Shown: in pieces, positions 1 through 15,148 of the stretch
Layout of the letters: each line of letters opens with the position of its first letter
How positions within the stretch are numbered: position 1 is the first letter of the stretch
Assembly: GCF_009914755.1 (NCBI RefSeq)
Contig: NC_060930.1
DNA from: the human T2T-CHM13v2.0 reference genome, Homo sapiens
DNA: 64,000 nt
Direction: 5' to 3' (one strand)
Translations under genes and position numbers: made by a program
The notes under the pieces: generated by a model
What the model was told of the DNA's origin: nothing
Seen by the model: only the letters and a program-made list of their open reading frames with translations
The model's database searches: none

Positions 1-70
1 CATATGGCTGGCAAAGCCTAAAAATATCTACAATCCTGCCTTTGATACAAGAAGTTTGTCAACCCCTGGT
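1..70. mobile_element. MER58-like hAT MITE end
   Basis: gcaaagcctaaaaatatctac...gaagtttgtcaacccctg. Confidence 0.55.
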
Positions 71-71
71 T

Positions 72-211
72 GACATACATACATACATGTATACATACAT
101 AACATACATATACATGTATGCATATATATATGCACACACACATGCATATATATGTCAACATGTATATGTTGTGAGGGGTGTGAGGGGTGTGTGTGTGCAC
201 GTGTACGTGTA

Positions 212-248
<37 letters not shown>
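72..248. repeat. Compound (TACA)/(CA)/(TG)/(TA) microsatellite
   Basis: Visible dinucleotide and tetranucleotide runs. Confidence 0.9.
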
Positions 249-671
<423 letters not shown>

Positions 672-1714
672 TGACAAAACCCATATATTCTTATTGAAAT
701 CATGCAAAGATATTTTATATTCTACCTTTTCCCTGCTGTACATTTCATACACCTTTTTGATGTGCTATGTAGCATTCAAATTTGCCCTCTTTAATGGTAT
801 AACATGGTTCAAGTTTATAAACTGCACACCATAATTTACATAACTTCTTCTCATGTTTAAATCTTCATATTCTTTTCATTTTCCCCTGTTTATTATTGGT
901 TGCAAGGCAAAGAATATCTTTGTACACAGAGATTTCCCCCTTTCTTCTTGCCAGGTATGGTGACTTCTTTTCTTAGAATAAATTCTTAGGAATGAAATAC
1001 CTAGTTTTCCCTTCACCCCCCAAATTCTAAAAACTTTCTCTTCCTCTCTTTATTCCTATAACCTCTTACTTTTTCAGTCTTTTTGCTTATCCCCTTGCCT
1101 TCTCTAATATAACTGATCTCTGCCATTGGCTCTAACAGTGGTTGTTTAGATACTATAAAGCTCTCTTGCTGTTAAATCCCAGCTTGACCTCACTATCTCT
1201 TAGGTGGCCCAACATTGCACAGTGCATTGTGAGGGCTGCTTCTTGCTCTCATTTCTTAACCCTTCCCCTCATCACAGTGTCTACTTCCTTCCTTCCACTC
1301 CACTCCTTCACTAAGGTTAAAGTCTGCCAGGGATCTCTCTGTAAGTCCAAAGGCTTTTTTCTCTATTTTTATCTTCCCATTGGAGCTCCTGTCCTGAAGT
1401 GACTTTCCTCCTATAGTTCTTCAGGCCTTTCTCTTTCCTTTTCTCTCCCTACTCAAGGATTATCTCTTTCATAAAACTTTCTCTAAGGGTTGGGATATGC
1501 CTACCTCTTTTGAGTCCACAGTCAACCCAGGCATATCTCATCCCTTAACTATACTTTGCCACATTTTAAGTTGTTTAACCCTCTTTTGAATGAAGATGAA
1601 GTTGAGGGGGGGAAAGTAAAAACTTGCAGAAGCCTCTACTTACAGTTTCAAAATAAACTCTTGAGATAAAGTAAACAATCACAGGCCATACTGTATTAGT
1701 AACAGAAGATCTAT

Positions 1715-1875
1715 AAAGTGAGGTCCATGGATCAGCAGCATCAGTGTCACCTGGGAGCTTGTTAGAAATTCTGAGTTGTAGGCTCCACCTCAGACCTCCT
1801 GAATCAGAATCTAGGTTTTTAATATAATCCTCAGTGATTCACATGTGCAATATAGTATAGGAAGCACTGGTCTAG
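1715..1875. mobile_element. MER5A-like hAT MITE
   Basis: cagcagcatcagtgtcacctgggagcttgttagaaat...gaatcagaatct. Confidence 0.6.
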
Positions 1876-2404
1876 TGGACCAGTGAATGTCTGCCAAGAA
1901 GGACCTCCATCAGAAGGCCTCTAAGGACCCCTTGGGAACCTCAAACCAATGATTTACACCTCTTGCTGGGCAAGGGTGGCTGCCATACCTATCAGCCCTT
2001 TGATGACAGCTACCAACTGATCTCCTGACTAGGTGGGTGGCCTCCCTCCCTCATCATTCCAGGTACAGGCACATTCCTTTGAAGCTGCAAAAGAGTTTGA
2101 AGAATACAATCTTTCTCAGAGAAGACTGTTCTTCAACCAAGGATGTAGGCAAGGATGTAGAGTCATTGGTAAAGTGGACACATCCTACTAGGGGTTAGGA
2201 AACACTGTTTCTATCATCTTTCCTAACATAAAAATATGTGAACAACATAGAATCGAAAGACAAGAAATATTTATATTCTTCCTTCTTTCACTCAGTAAAT
2301 ATTTACTAAGCACTCACTATGTTCCAAACACTATTCTAGGTGCTGGGGATACAGCAGGGAACAAAACAAAGTCCCAGTCTTAGTGGGGTTCACGATCTCT
2401 AGGG

Positions 2405-2730
2405 CAGTAGTCCCCAACCTTTTTGGCACCTGGGACCAGTTTCAGGGAAGACAACTTTTCCATGAAAATTTTGGGGGAGGGGGGTTAAAGGATGAAACAG
2501 TTCCACTTCAAATCACAAGGCATTAGATTCTCATAAGGAGTGCGCAATGCAACCTAGATCCCTTGTATGAGCAGTTCACAATAGGGTTCAAACTCCTGTG
2601 AGAATCTGCTGCTGCTGCTGATCTGACAGGAGGCGGAGCTCTGGCAGTAATGATTGCATGCCCACCCGCCACTCACCTCCTGCTGTGCGGCCTGGTTCCT
2701 AACAGGCAACAGACAGGGGGCCTTTACTCT
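2405..2730. mobile_element. MER1B-like hAT MITE inserted in an L2 fragment (~2285-3400)
   Basis: cagtagtccccaacctttttggcacc...tgctgtgcggcctggttcctaacaggc. Confidence 0.7.
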
Positions 2731-3007
2731 AGGGGATGGAGATGGACAACAAACAAGTACATAATATGGCCTGTAGTGATAGCGCTTTAAAGAAAAATAG
2801 AGCCAGGCAATAAGACCAATGGGCATGGCTGCAGCAGATTAAGCAAGAAAGAAAGCATAATGAGATGAGACTGGAGAGGTGAGTGGAGCCAAGTCATGTA
2901 GGGTCTTTAAGGAGCTTGGATTTTATGCCAAGTACAATGGGGGCCATTGCAAAGTTTTCAGCAGAGGAGTGACATGATATCGTCTACATTTTAACAGGGT
3001 GTCTCTG

Positions 3008-3306
3008 GGCAGGGTGCGATGGCTCCCACCTGTAATACTAGCTCTCTGGGAGGCCAAAGGTGGTGGATTGCTTGAGTTTCAGGAGTATGGGACCAGCCTG
3101 GGCAACATGGTGAAACTTCATCTCTACAAAAATACAAAAAATTAGCTGGCCATGGTGGTATGTGCCTGTTAGTCCCAGCTACTCAGGAGGCTGATGTGGG
3201 AGGATTGCTTGAGCCCAGGAGATGGAGGTTGTAGTGTGCTGAGATCATGTCACTGGACTCCAGCTTGGGTGACAGGGCAAGACCTGGTCTCAAAAAAAAA
3301 AAAAAA
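3008..3306 (+). mobile_element. Alu
   Basis: Dimeric Alu with A-tail. Confidence 0.9.
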
Positions 3307-5175
3307 GGTCTCTCTGGTTGGTATATGGGGAATGGACTCTAAGGGGCTAAGAGTGGAAGCAGGGAGCCGAATAGCAGGCTGCTGTAAGCAGGTGTGTGGT
3401 TGGTGAAGATTAGGGTGACCAAGTGGTAGTGGTGAAAAAGGTTCCAACAATCTCAATTTCCCTATTTAAAAAGTCATCACAAGGTAACTGATGTGAATTT
3501 TTAAAAAATCTTGGAGGGGAAACTGATATAGAAAACAAACTGTAGAAATAACAGGGCTTTTCTGGGTTGAGCACTGTTAACTACACCCCCTGGGAATCAG
3601 TGTCATTTAACATTTCATAGAAGATTAAGAAAAAGGAGTATTTTGAGATATGTCTAGATACACAAATCATACTTTGCTTTCCACATAGTAAAATGTCAAA
3701 TCAATAGGGAGCAGCTTCTGGAACATCTCTAAAGCCATGTGCATAAGCTGGAAAGTGGCAGGTATCTTGTCACATGGATGAGTGTATGGCAGCTCACATA
3801 GGGAAAGACAATTCAGAGGATACCTTTAAGACAATGAACTCTGAACTGCTGGTTGCCACCAAGGTAAGGAATCTAGAAGTTGTTTTAGATTACTCTTTCA
3901 AGACATCAACTCTTCTAAAGTCCAAACAGCCAGCAAAAGGTCTGGCTGTCCAGAATAAAGACAAAACATCAGCCTTAACAAAGCCTCAGTACATCCCTCT
4001 TTGGGCTTAGTGTGCAGTGCTGGTCACTGCATCCTAAGAAAAAGAAGCGCCAGAGAAAGGCAGGTAAAATAATTAAAAGAATAGAGGGGCTTTTTTTCTC
4101 TGGGTTAAATGCCCATAAAGAAGATAAGATGCTTTTATAGCATGAAAGACTCAGAGGAAGTAAAAATAGCCCTTGTCATCCAATCCTATAATTCTTAAAT
4201 TAGGGGACAAAAGAAGCTTGAAAATGGGAGTAATGAAGAAACCGTCGTTGGAGGACATATAAAAGAAGGTCCTTCTTTGGCTGGGGCCAGGGGTCAGGTC
4301 TTTAAGTATTCTCCAATATGTGGAAGTACATGTGGTAGCTGTAAATGGAGGGTGGGGGTGGGGGTGGGGGACACGCAGCCCACCTCAACAGTCCTTCGAA
4401 GGGACAAAAACCACTCTGGACTGGTGCCCGCCTTCCCTCTTTCCCCAAATCACCACGGAATACAACCACAGAAACTCAAAACCAGCAAAAAACGCTGACA
4501 AGACATTCAAAGGATTCAAAATGCTAATACTAAATCTCATTGTCTGGGAAAATTAGATTGAAAATAAATTCAAGGGTGCAAGATTTATAATAGATTAACA
4601 AGGGAAATTAAGGATGTTGGTGGGGCCGGGAGGAGATACATCCTTAACTTTGTGATTCACACGATGGAGCAATACTGTGTCCTTCAAAGAAATGGTATTT
4701 GGTAATCTGAGTTGGACAGCTATCATAAACCATTTCCTATATACACTGTTAGCATAGTCAGAAAGTGAGAGTTATGGATTGACATAGGGATTAGATCATT
4801 TGAATTTTTAACCCACAGCACAAGTCCTTCAATCGTTTTCAATAAACAGAGGGAGAGGGAGACTCTGATGAACCGTTGCTCACGTGTTGAACAGTTAGCA
4901 ATCCCGGGCTATCGGGTCCCTGCTGACCTTCCTTCAGAAAAACGAATGGACATGTAAACGGAATGAGGAAAGGAGGGTAATAACCAGAGTGTCATTGAAT
5001 TGAGAGATGTTAAAAATGGGCCACAACCAACACATGGGCCCTTACTTTTAGGTGAAAGATTCCTATATATAAATACATAGTATGTTCTCTCTTGCCAAGA
5101 AATATTAGACTAAGGAACTTCATTCCTCACGAAGAAGATAATCCCCTCTTCCTTCCCATAGGTCCCTTACCTTAC

Positions 5176-5310
5176 CTGCTTCTTCCCTCTCGCGGGTAGG
5201 AACTTTGAGCCCCGCCTCTCGGCTCGTCCAAGCTCCGCCTTCCCCGTCCACCTGTGTGCCCAGCCCCTGACGTTACCGGTCGGCTTCAGCGGCCTGCAGG
5301 ATTCCGGCTC
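5176..5310 (-). other. Candidate non-coding first exon of a divergent transcript (recalled head-to-head neighbour TMEM217)
   Basis: Minus-strand consensus donors CAG|GTAAGG (5176/5175) and AAG|GTAAGG (5171/5170) at the island edge. The gene identity comes from memory of the locus, not from the sequence. Confidence 0.45.
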
Positions 5311-5388
5311 CCAATTGGTCGGCCCGTCCACGGCTTGCGCAGCTCACCAATGGCAGCGGTGCTGGGTGGAGGGGTGCCCACATCCAAG

Positions 5389-5418
5389 ATGGCGTCCCCA
5401 GGAGCTGGGAGCGGGTGA
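5389..5418 (+). other. Upstream ORF MASPGAGSG* in the putative TBC1D22B 5'UTR
   Basis: aagATGG (A at -3, G at +4), TGA at 5416-5418, 107 nt before the main ATG; depends on the TSS lying upstream of 5389. Confidence 0.5.
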
Positions 5419-5525
5419 CCGGCGGCGGGGAAGCGGCCTGGGTTGGCCCTCAGATTGCGGGGTCTGGGGGCATCTCGCCGGGCAAACCCTTGGCCCGCCT
5501 ACAAGGACTTCCCCCGGCCAGAGCA

Positions 5526-5581
5526 ATGGCCGCTGAGAACAGCAAGCAGTTTTGGAAGAGGAGCGCTAAGCTGCCGGGGAG
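5526..5581 (+). CDS. TBC1D22B: TBC1D22B coding exon 1 (MAAENSKQFWKRSAKLPG+AG)
   Basis: ATG at 5526 (gcaATGG) in a CpG island; donor AG|GTGAGC at 5581/5582; translation matches the recalled TBC1D22B N-terminus. Confidence 0.95.
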
Positions 5582-6624
5582 GTGAGCCCAGGACGCTGAG
5601 AGGGATAGGGGATTGGACCAAACCCTTCCAGATCCTAATCCCTGAATCCCGCGGGCCTGGGGCGCCACAGAGGCCAGAAGACTGGTTTGGGGAAGCTGGG
5701 ACTGCCTGGTGGCGGCAGGGCAGCTGTCAGGCAGCGAAGCGAACAGCGAGCTTTGGGGACGGCTGGATGTGGGTGTAGACCGGGGTCTGGGGGCGGAGGT
5801 TTCAGGAGGGGTGACCTCAGCGGGAAGGTGGCGGAAGATTGGGCGTAAAGGGGAGTGGAGTTGGGTGAATAGTCAGTGTCGGCCCTGGTCTCGGAAGTTC
5901 CTCCCCAGAGCTGCTTCCCACTCTAATTAGGACTCCCTCTCAGGGGTCTCCACCACGCACAGGTGGTTGGTCGCTCGAGGATGGCCCCTTCCCTTGATCC
6001 CTGAGGTCGGCACTTACCCGAAGGATTCCGGTGGGAGTTTGGGGCCGCCTGCCGAGAGGGTTAGGCAGGAAAAGTGAGGACGATTCTCAACCCTGACCTT
6101 ACTTTATCTTGAGTTGGCCCTTTCCCACTAGGAATTATTACAAGACGACCACAGAATCAGGGTTATTCCTTTGGCATTTTCTAAGGATTTGTCCAACCCC
6201 AAGTGACTTCTTCCTCCCCTGCATTGTAATGCACTTCTTGTGCAAATGCACTAAATTCGTTCATTCTTCAGTTGTTTAACTGGAGAGCAGACCCCCTAAG
6301 ACTACCCCCACCCTCTTTTCGGTGTATGTTGAGACTTTTGGCAAATTATCCGTCCATCAATCTACTGTTGGTTTACTGTTTCAGTTTATTTTGGGCAAAG
6401 TCCTGAGAAGTATAAGGAAGAGTGTGTATTTCAGTCGTAAATTTAAGATTTCTGCCAGCTACAGTCTACTTGGTGATGAAATTCATGTTTGGTTGTGTCC
6501 CCTGTGCTACCTTTTCTAATGGATTCAGGTTTTTTCCTTCTGGGATAATCTTTTGAACTCGTGACTTTTTTTTTTTTAAGCGAGAGAGAGATGAGGGTCA
6601 GTAGTGGCTAGGTAAGAGCCTTAA

Positions 6625-6767
6625 TTTTTTTTTTTTTTTTTAAATGAAATAGAGACAAGGTCTGACTGTGTTGCCAGGGCTGGTCTCTGACTCCTGGCCT
6701 CAAGTGATCCTCTTGCCTTGGCCTCCCAAAGTGTTGGGATTACAGGCGTTAGCCACCATGCCCCACC
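6625..6767 (-). mobile_element. Alu monomer (FLAM-like)
   Basis: Left-arm sequence only; flanking aagagcctta/aagagtctta target-site duplication (TSD). Confidence 0.8.
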
Positions 6768-7309
6768 AAGAGTCTTATTTTATTAAGGATTCTAGTAGAC
6801 ATATGGAGAATAGGGTGGAAATCAGCTTTTAGTAATACTTATTAAAGTAATAGAAAGGAATGCAAAGATAACTTCAGATTAAAGTGCTGTGGACTCAACA
6901 GTGTTAATATTACTGTTAAAGATGTTCTGTGTTTTTAGGTAAGCACACTTCCTGCCAACTGATTCCTTTTCCTTCCTGGTCTAGTGAGCTCTCTAGTTGT
7001 GCTAACTGCTATTCTCTGGGGTTTTCCGTAGTGAGATCATTAAATTTTGACATCCTAAGATTATAATCATAATCAATAGGAAGACTGTTGTATCAGGAAG
7101 CAGTGTAAGAGATGTGGGACGTGGCATGGGCTTCTGTGCCTTCTGACTGCTGGTTGCTATTAACAATCTTTTTTTCCTATATTTCCTGTATTTGGCTATA
7201 AGAACAGTCAACTTTTTTAAAGCACTACTTTTCTGAGATAGGAAGAGAAGTCTTTTCAGTTTCTTCAAGTTTCTGGATTCCTTTTTCATTTTGAAGAATA
7301 TAGAGAAAT

Positions 7310-7540
7310 AGAGAACTTTCGAGTTCAGAAAGACTTGGGTTACTATTTGGGCTCTGTTGTGTGTGTGACCAAGACAAATAATCTTTCTAGGCCTCAATTT
7401 CCTTACCTATGAAATGAGAAATAAAAATACTTTCCTCAGAGTTACTGTGGGGACTAAGTGAAATACCCTATTTGTAAAGAGCCTAGGACAGTGTTTATTT
7501 AGCACATTATAGTTGCTCAAAAAAACAGTAGTTATTAACA
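7310..7540. mobile_element. MIR
   Basis: ggcctcaatttccttacctatgaaatg core. Confidence 0.6.
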
Positions 7541-8064
7541 TTGCTGTCATTATTACAGCAAGTAAACATTTAAAATAATGTTACTCAGATCCTTACCCCA
7601 GCTCATTGTCTTCGTTGTTTAAGGTATTCAAATATTGTCACAATTCATAATAGTTTTTAGTACCTTACTTGGTAAAGAGAAATACTGTTCAGCTGTGTGC
7701 TTTTAGCAGTGAAGCCCACGAGCCTCTGGTCATAGGAGAAAACTAAGGTTCTTTTAGATAGAAAGGTACTTTGGTTTAAAGAAAATGTTAGGGCATTTTC
7801 TCAAGAATAGAACTTTTGCATCTGTACTCTTTCGGTCTTAGAGAAGAAAAACTTTCTCCTGGGTGGGGAAATGACACAAATGACTCTACTGGATGCATGC
7901 AAACTTGGAAATGAAACTAGTTTACTCTTCTTTGCAAATTGAAAGGTGAAAAATAAAAGCGATGACAGGGTTCTTTCCATTTGTCTGATCATGATCCAAC
8001 AATCTTAGTGACAACAAATAGAAATTTTATTAAATAAAAGAAGTTGCAAATGAATGAAACATTC

Positions 8065-8640
8065 TTTTTAAAAATAACAGCTTTATTGAGATATAATTCA
8101 CATACCATAAAATTCACTCTTTTAAAGTGTACAATTCAGTGGTATTTAGTATATTCATTTATAGTATAGATGGTTTTGTGCAACCATCACCACTAATTTC
8201 AGAACATTTTCATCATCCTGAAAAGAAACTACATACCTGTTTACAGTCACTCCCCATCCACCCCACTCCAGACCCTGGTAACTACTAACCTACTTTCTGT
8301 TTCTGTGGATTTACCACTTTTGGACATTTTATATATATGGAGTAATATGATCTGAGGCCTTTTGTGAGTGGCTTCTTTTATTAAGCACAGTGATTTCAGG
8401 CTTGTCCACGCTGTAGTATGTATCAGTACTTCATTCCATTTTATGGCTGAATAATATTCCATAGTATACATACACCACATTTTGTTCATTCATCAGTTGA
8501 TGGATATTTGAATTGTTTTCACTTTTGGGCTATTGTACGTAATGCTTTTATGAACATTTATGCAGAGGTTTTTGTTTGGATATATATTTTCTATTCTTCT
8601 GCTGATAAATAGGAGTGGAATTGCTGGGTCATGTAGTAAC
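8065..8640 (-). mobile_element. L1M 3' fragment
   Basis: ctttattgagatataattcacataccata...ggagtggaattgctgggtcat. Confidence 0.8.
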
Positions 8641-8766
8641 TTGGTGGAACTAAGCATCTTTTAAGTTCTCTCAGTTATTCACATGAGCCCCATTTACTTA
8701 GCACATCAAATGGTCATTGTATTAATGCCTAGAAGATAAGAGGCAATCTCTACCATTGCAGGCTTT

Positions 8767-9063
8767 GGCAGGTGCGGTGGCCTGTAATCCCAGAATTTTG
8801 GAAGGCTGAGGCAGGTGGATCGCTTGAGGCCAGGAGTCCGAGACCAGCCTGGCCAACGTGGTGAAACCCCCCATCTCTACTAAAAATACAAATTAGCTGG
8901 GCTTGGTGGTGTGTGCCTGTAGTCCCAGCTACTCAGGAGGCTGATGCCCAAGAATCTCTTGAACCTGGGAGACGGAGGTTGCAGTGAACTGAGATTGCGT
9001 CACTCCACTCCAGCCTGGGCAACAGAGCAAGAGATTGTCTCCAAAAAAAAAAAAAAAAAAAAA
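8767..9063 (+). mobile_element. Alu (S-like)
   Basis: Dimeric Alu; tgcaggct TSD. Confidence 0.9.
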
Positions 9064-9265
9064 TGCAGGCTCTGAAATCTGACTGCCTAGGTTAAAATCC
9101 CAGCTCTGCTTTCTAGCTGTGTGATCTTATGGGATTTAATTAACCTCTCAATGCATCAGTCTCCCCATCTCTAAAATAGGGACAGAGTATCTGCTCCATG
9201 GGGCTGTTATGAGGATTAAATGAGATAATACATAATAATTGGTTAGGAGGTACACAATAATATTA

Positions 9266-10082
<817 letters not shown>

Positions 10083-11151
10083 AAAATCGAAATTACCTGA
10101 GTCTTCCAGGCCCTTCGTTGTTAGAAAGAGAGGCCAAGTTAAGAACTTGAAGCCAATCCTAAAATAATAATGAATCTGATAGGAGACTTAGTGTAAAAGT
10201 CACAGCCTGTCTGGGCAGGTACATTACAACTTGTTCTTGGCTTGGAGATGTTTTACTGGTAGAGTGAGTGACTAGAAGATACTAAATTATCATCGAAACA
10301 GCATAGATCACCTGTTCTGGAAGACTAATGTGGAGTGAGTGTGTGAACCTACATCAGTTGCCAACACGTTTGGCATTTAAATTTGATGGGTCTTTTTCCC
10401 ATATTTGCACTAGCTCTTTTATCAGTGCTAAACAAACACCTGTTGATTTTTCCTACCAAGATGTTTGCACTGTTTCAACTAGGCAAAACAGCTATGTCAA
10501 TACATTCTATGGTGTTGGTTTTATTAAAGAGAGTGACGGAGATTAATCAGAACTTTTGTTCCATTTTGTCTGCGTGGCAGCATATTCCATGGCATTCTTT
10601 TCTCTGCATATGTGGTGTGATTTCTTCGAGATGCAGTGTGTTAACTAACCTCTGGTTTTTAGGTCTAGCTTAAGTGGAGGCCTAGGTTTTGTAGAGATCT
10701 AATCTTCACTTACTAAATATTGTTAAGTGCCTGCTGGTATGTGTCATGCTCTGCCAGGTGGCAAGGGGGCTACAGAAAAAGATATGGCACCACTATGGCT
10801 TTCTAGGAGCTAAAAAATCTGCTTGGCATCATGGCTTCCCCTGGAGAAGATGCTGTGTATGATTGACTTTCTGGTTTTTCCACTAAACATATGTTATATT
10901 TGTAATCAGACAAACTTAAAAGTGGAATTGGGTGAAAACACATTGTTGAATGCAAAGAGCAAGATGTAGAAAGATATGTGCAATGTGCAGTCTTTTATGT
11001 GAAGTTTAAAAACATAAAAAATACTGTGTGTTGTTTATGGATCTGTGAATATATGTAGAGGAATAAAAACAGATGGGAGGAGTTCCCTCCAATTTCAGAA
11101 TAATTGTTATCTCTTGGGAAGTGAAGAAACAGGACTAGGGACTGCAATTAG

Positions 11152-11483
<332 letters not shown>

Positions 11484-11871
11484 TAACACTTTTTTTCTTA
11501 AATGAAATGTGACAAATGTTAACATTTGTAAATCAGAGTGATGGGTTTGTGGATGTTTATTATATCATTTTCTGTACTTTTCTTTGTGTTTGAAAATGTC
11601 AATTAAATGCTTTTTCACTTGTGTTAGAGCAAATGTTTTGTATTTTTTTTTTTAACTTGTGTTGGAGAGATCAGCCAGTTAGCCATGGAATTAAGTAAAA
11701 TTTAAAGTAACATGATTTAGAGTCAAAATAAGTCATATTTACAGTGTGATGTTATTTATATAAAGTTTAAAAAACATGCAAAATCATACATTATTTAGGG
11801 ATACATACATAGAAAATAAAAATATAAAAATGAGTGTGAAAAATGCCAGATCCAATAGAGTGGCTTGCTAG

Positions 11872-12198
<327 letters not shown>

Positions 12199-14020
12199 GA
12201 TTGTGTCTTATATTATGATCTAAATCTAGTTTATTTTTAAAAAGTAATATAAGCCCTAATTTATGTATGTTAGGGAACTAGAGAAGACATGAGTTAGTAG
12301 ATGCTGGGGGTAGGGGTATGGAAAGTTTCATGAGGGGTGTAGAATTTGAAGAGAATGTTGCAGGATGGATACAATTTTGAAAAGGGATGTAGAAAATAGA
12401 AAAGCATTCCAAGTAGGGAAAAGAGCCTTATTTAATAATGGGTTTAATAAGTTTGGAAGGTGGAGTGGAGATCAGTCTTTCTTAGAGCTGAGTTTGGGTT
12501 TGGAAGGAGTAGGTATGGTACAGACAGTGAAAGGTGAATTATAAATGTCAGGAAATTGAGCACCTTAATCATTGGGCTCTTCTGGTCTATCTCCATTTAG
12601 TCTCTGTGATCATCTCGGTTTCTCTTTTCTAAATTCTTGCCTGTCTTTTTTAAGCTGCAATAAGCTGATTTATTATACAAAGTGTTCCAGTTTTAGATAC
12701 ATCATGGTTCAGTTCAAGAATATGTTAACAAATTCAATTTGGGCCCTGATACCTTTGCTGATGAAGTCCATCATTTATCTTAGCCTTCCTGGCTATGCCA
12801 GCACCTTGGGCTGACAGCTTTAAAAAATAGTCTACTGTGATTTTAAGATTCCTTTCCTAGATGGTAATTGATGGCCTCTGGCCCTTCAGCCTGCACAAAT
12901 TAGGTTTGCTTTTCTTCTGCATGGGTTACTGGCAGATGGTAATACTTCTTTAAGGTAATACTCTCTTATTTTTCTACCCAGTCACCTTACCTAACCGGCC
13001 TGTTGAGATCTTCCTGCAGTTTATCCTCTGATTTTATATTTTATTGTGAGGAGGGCTTGTGGGCTTGAAGAATTCAGGTGTACTCTTAGATTATTTGCAG
13101 CTGCTAATGTGCATATCAGTAGCCCTTTGGGTTTTTTTTTTTTTCCCGTGGTCAGTGGGGGTGTCTAACACCCCCTTCCTCTCTCAGCAGAACTTTCCCT
13201 TTACTCTTTGATTCCTCTTTTTTTCTCTCTGCCTAGGAAACCCTTTAAACACATCAATTAGTATTGTTTTCAAAGTTTGTATTTCTGTAGTAATATATGT
13301 AATAGTTTGCTTACACATTACTTATTAATCTTCCAGAGAGGTTTAGGGAGTAAAGATTCTTATAGCTAAAGAAGTAGGGACTGTATTCATAAATTAAAGA
13401 TTATATGTAAGATTTCCTCTGAAATCTTAATAGGAATCAATGTGAAAGTGATTGATTTGGCTATATTTTTATTTAAGAGCATCCTTTAGGATCACCTCTG
13501 TTATGTGAAACAAGTATTTGGTAAGCTTGTTTCAATTTCTAAATGTTGAGTATGGATTAAATTATAAAAATGGGAGGGAGGAAGAAAATCAACATTTCTT
13601 GGGCACTGAGTGTTTGCTGGGTAGTGTTCTAACATTTGCAAATCTACGTCACTTCCTGCTTAACATTAAATTAGCATTACCACCCACCAGGAATTGTGCT
13701 AAAGGGCTTTCAACATATCGTCCCACTTAAACCTTCTAACCTTCTCAAGATCGCTTATTTCTTATAAAGGTGATACTTGTACATGATACTAAATCAGAAA
13801 GGGTTTGCAGTGAAAACTAAGTCTCTTTGGTGTCCCATCATCTTCCAGTCATCTGGTTCCTATTCCAAACTGCTGCTACCAGTGTCTTTTGTATTCTTTC
13901 AGATACTCTGATATTCTTTCAGATACATAGACCTAATCATACATAAAATGCATGTATCTATTTTAAAGATTTTTATAAAAATGGTGTCATACATGTAGTT
14001 CTGCATCTTTTTTCAATTAA

Positions 14021-14360
<340 letters not shown>

Positions 14361-14527
14361 AGAACTGCCTCATTCTTTTTAAAAGATATACTGTAATTTA
14401 TTTAACTACTTTCCTGTTGGTAATTATCCTTTCTATTTTAATAGGTAAGTTAGCTCCTTTATATTTATTGGAATAACTGATATATTTAGTTATTTAGTTT
14501 AAGTTCAATTTTTAATATTTTCTTCGT

Positions 14528-14832
14528 CTTTTTTTTTTTTTTTTTTTTTTTGAGATAAGGACTTACTCTGTTGCCCAGGCTATAGTGCAGTGACACGATG
14601 ATAGGTCACTGTAGTCTCAAACTCCTGGGTTCAAGTAATCCTCTCACCTCAGCCTCCCAAGTAGCTAGAAGTACAAGCATGCACCACCACAGTTGGCTAA
14701 TTTTTAAATTTTTTGTAGGTACAAGGTCTTGCTACGTTGCTCAGGCTGGTCAAACTTCTAGCCTCAAGCAGTTCTCACACCTCAGCATCCCAAAGTCCTG
14801 GGATTACAGATGTGAGCTACCATGCTTGCCCT
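14528..14832 (-). mobile_element. Alu (J-like)
   Basis: Reverse Alu. Confidence 0.88.
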
Positions 14833-14899
14833 TTTAAAAATATTTTCTTCTTAAAAAAGTCTTTCACTATGTGGACTGTGCTTGCTTTTGAGGGGAGGA

Positions 14900-15148
14900 C
14901 ATACATATATATATATATACACACACATATATATAATATATATATACACACATATATAATATATATATACACATATATAATATATATACACACATATATA
15001 ATATATATATACACATATAATATATATACACACATATATAATATATATATACACATATATATAATATATATACACTATATATAATATATATATACACTAT
15101 ATATATAATATATATATACACATATATATATACACACACACATATATA
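14900..15148. repeat. AT-rich minisatellite, ~20-nt TATATATACACATATATAA-like units
   Basis: About 10 imperfect tandem units. Confidence 0.92.

Larger units (their letters stand above)
5190..6060. promoter_or_regulatory. CpG-island promoter of TBC1D22B, probably bidirectional
   Basis: CpG/GC-dense compared with the rest of the window; CRE-like TGACGTTA 5268-5275, palindromic CCAATTGG 5311-5318, CCAAT 5347-5351, YY1-like CAAGATGGCG 5385-5394, GC-box-like cccgcc/ccgcc. Confidence 0.85.

Noticed and set aside
3700-4200. Possible CR1/L3 fragment
   Set aside because: Only short motif resemblance; boundaries cannot be supported
14737-15139. Ile/Tyr-rich ORFs (also 18..429)
   Set aside because: Products of microsatellite and minisatellite sequence
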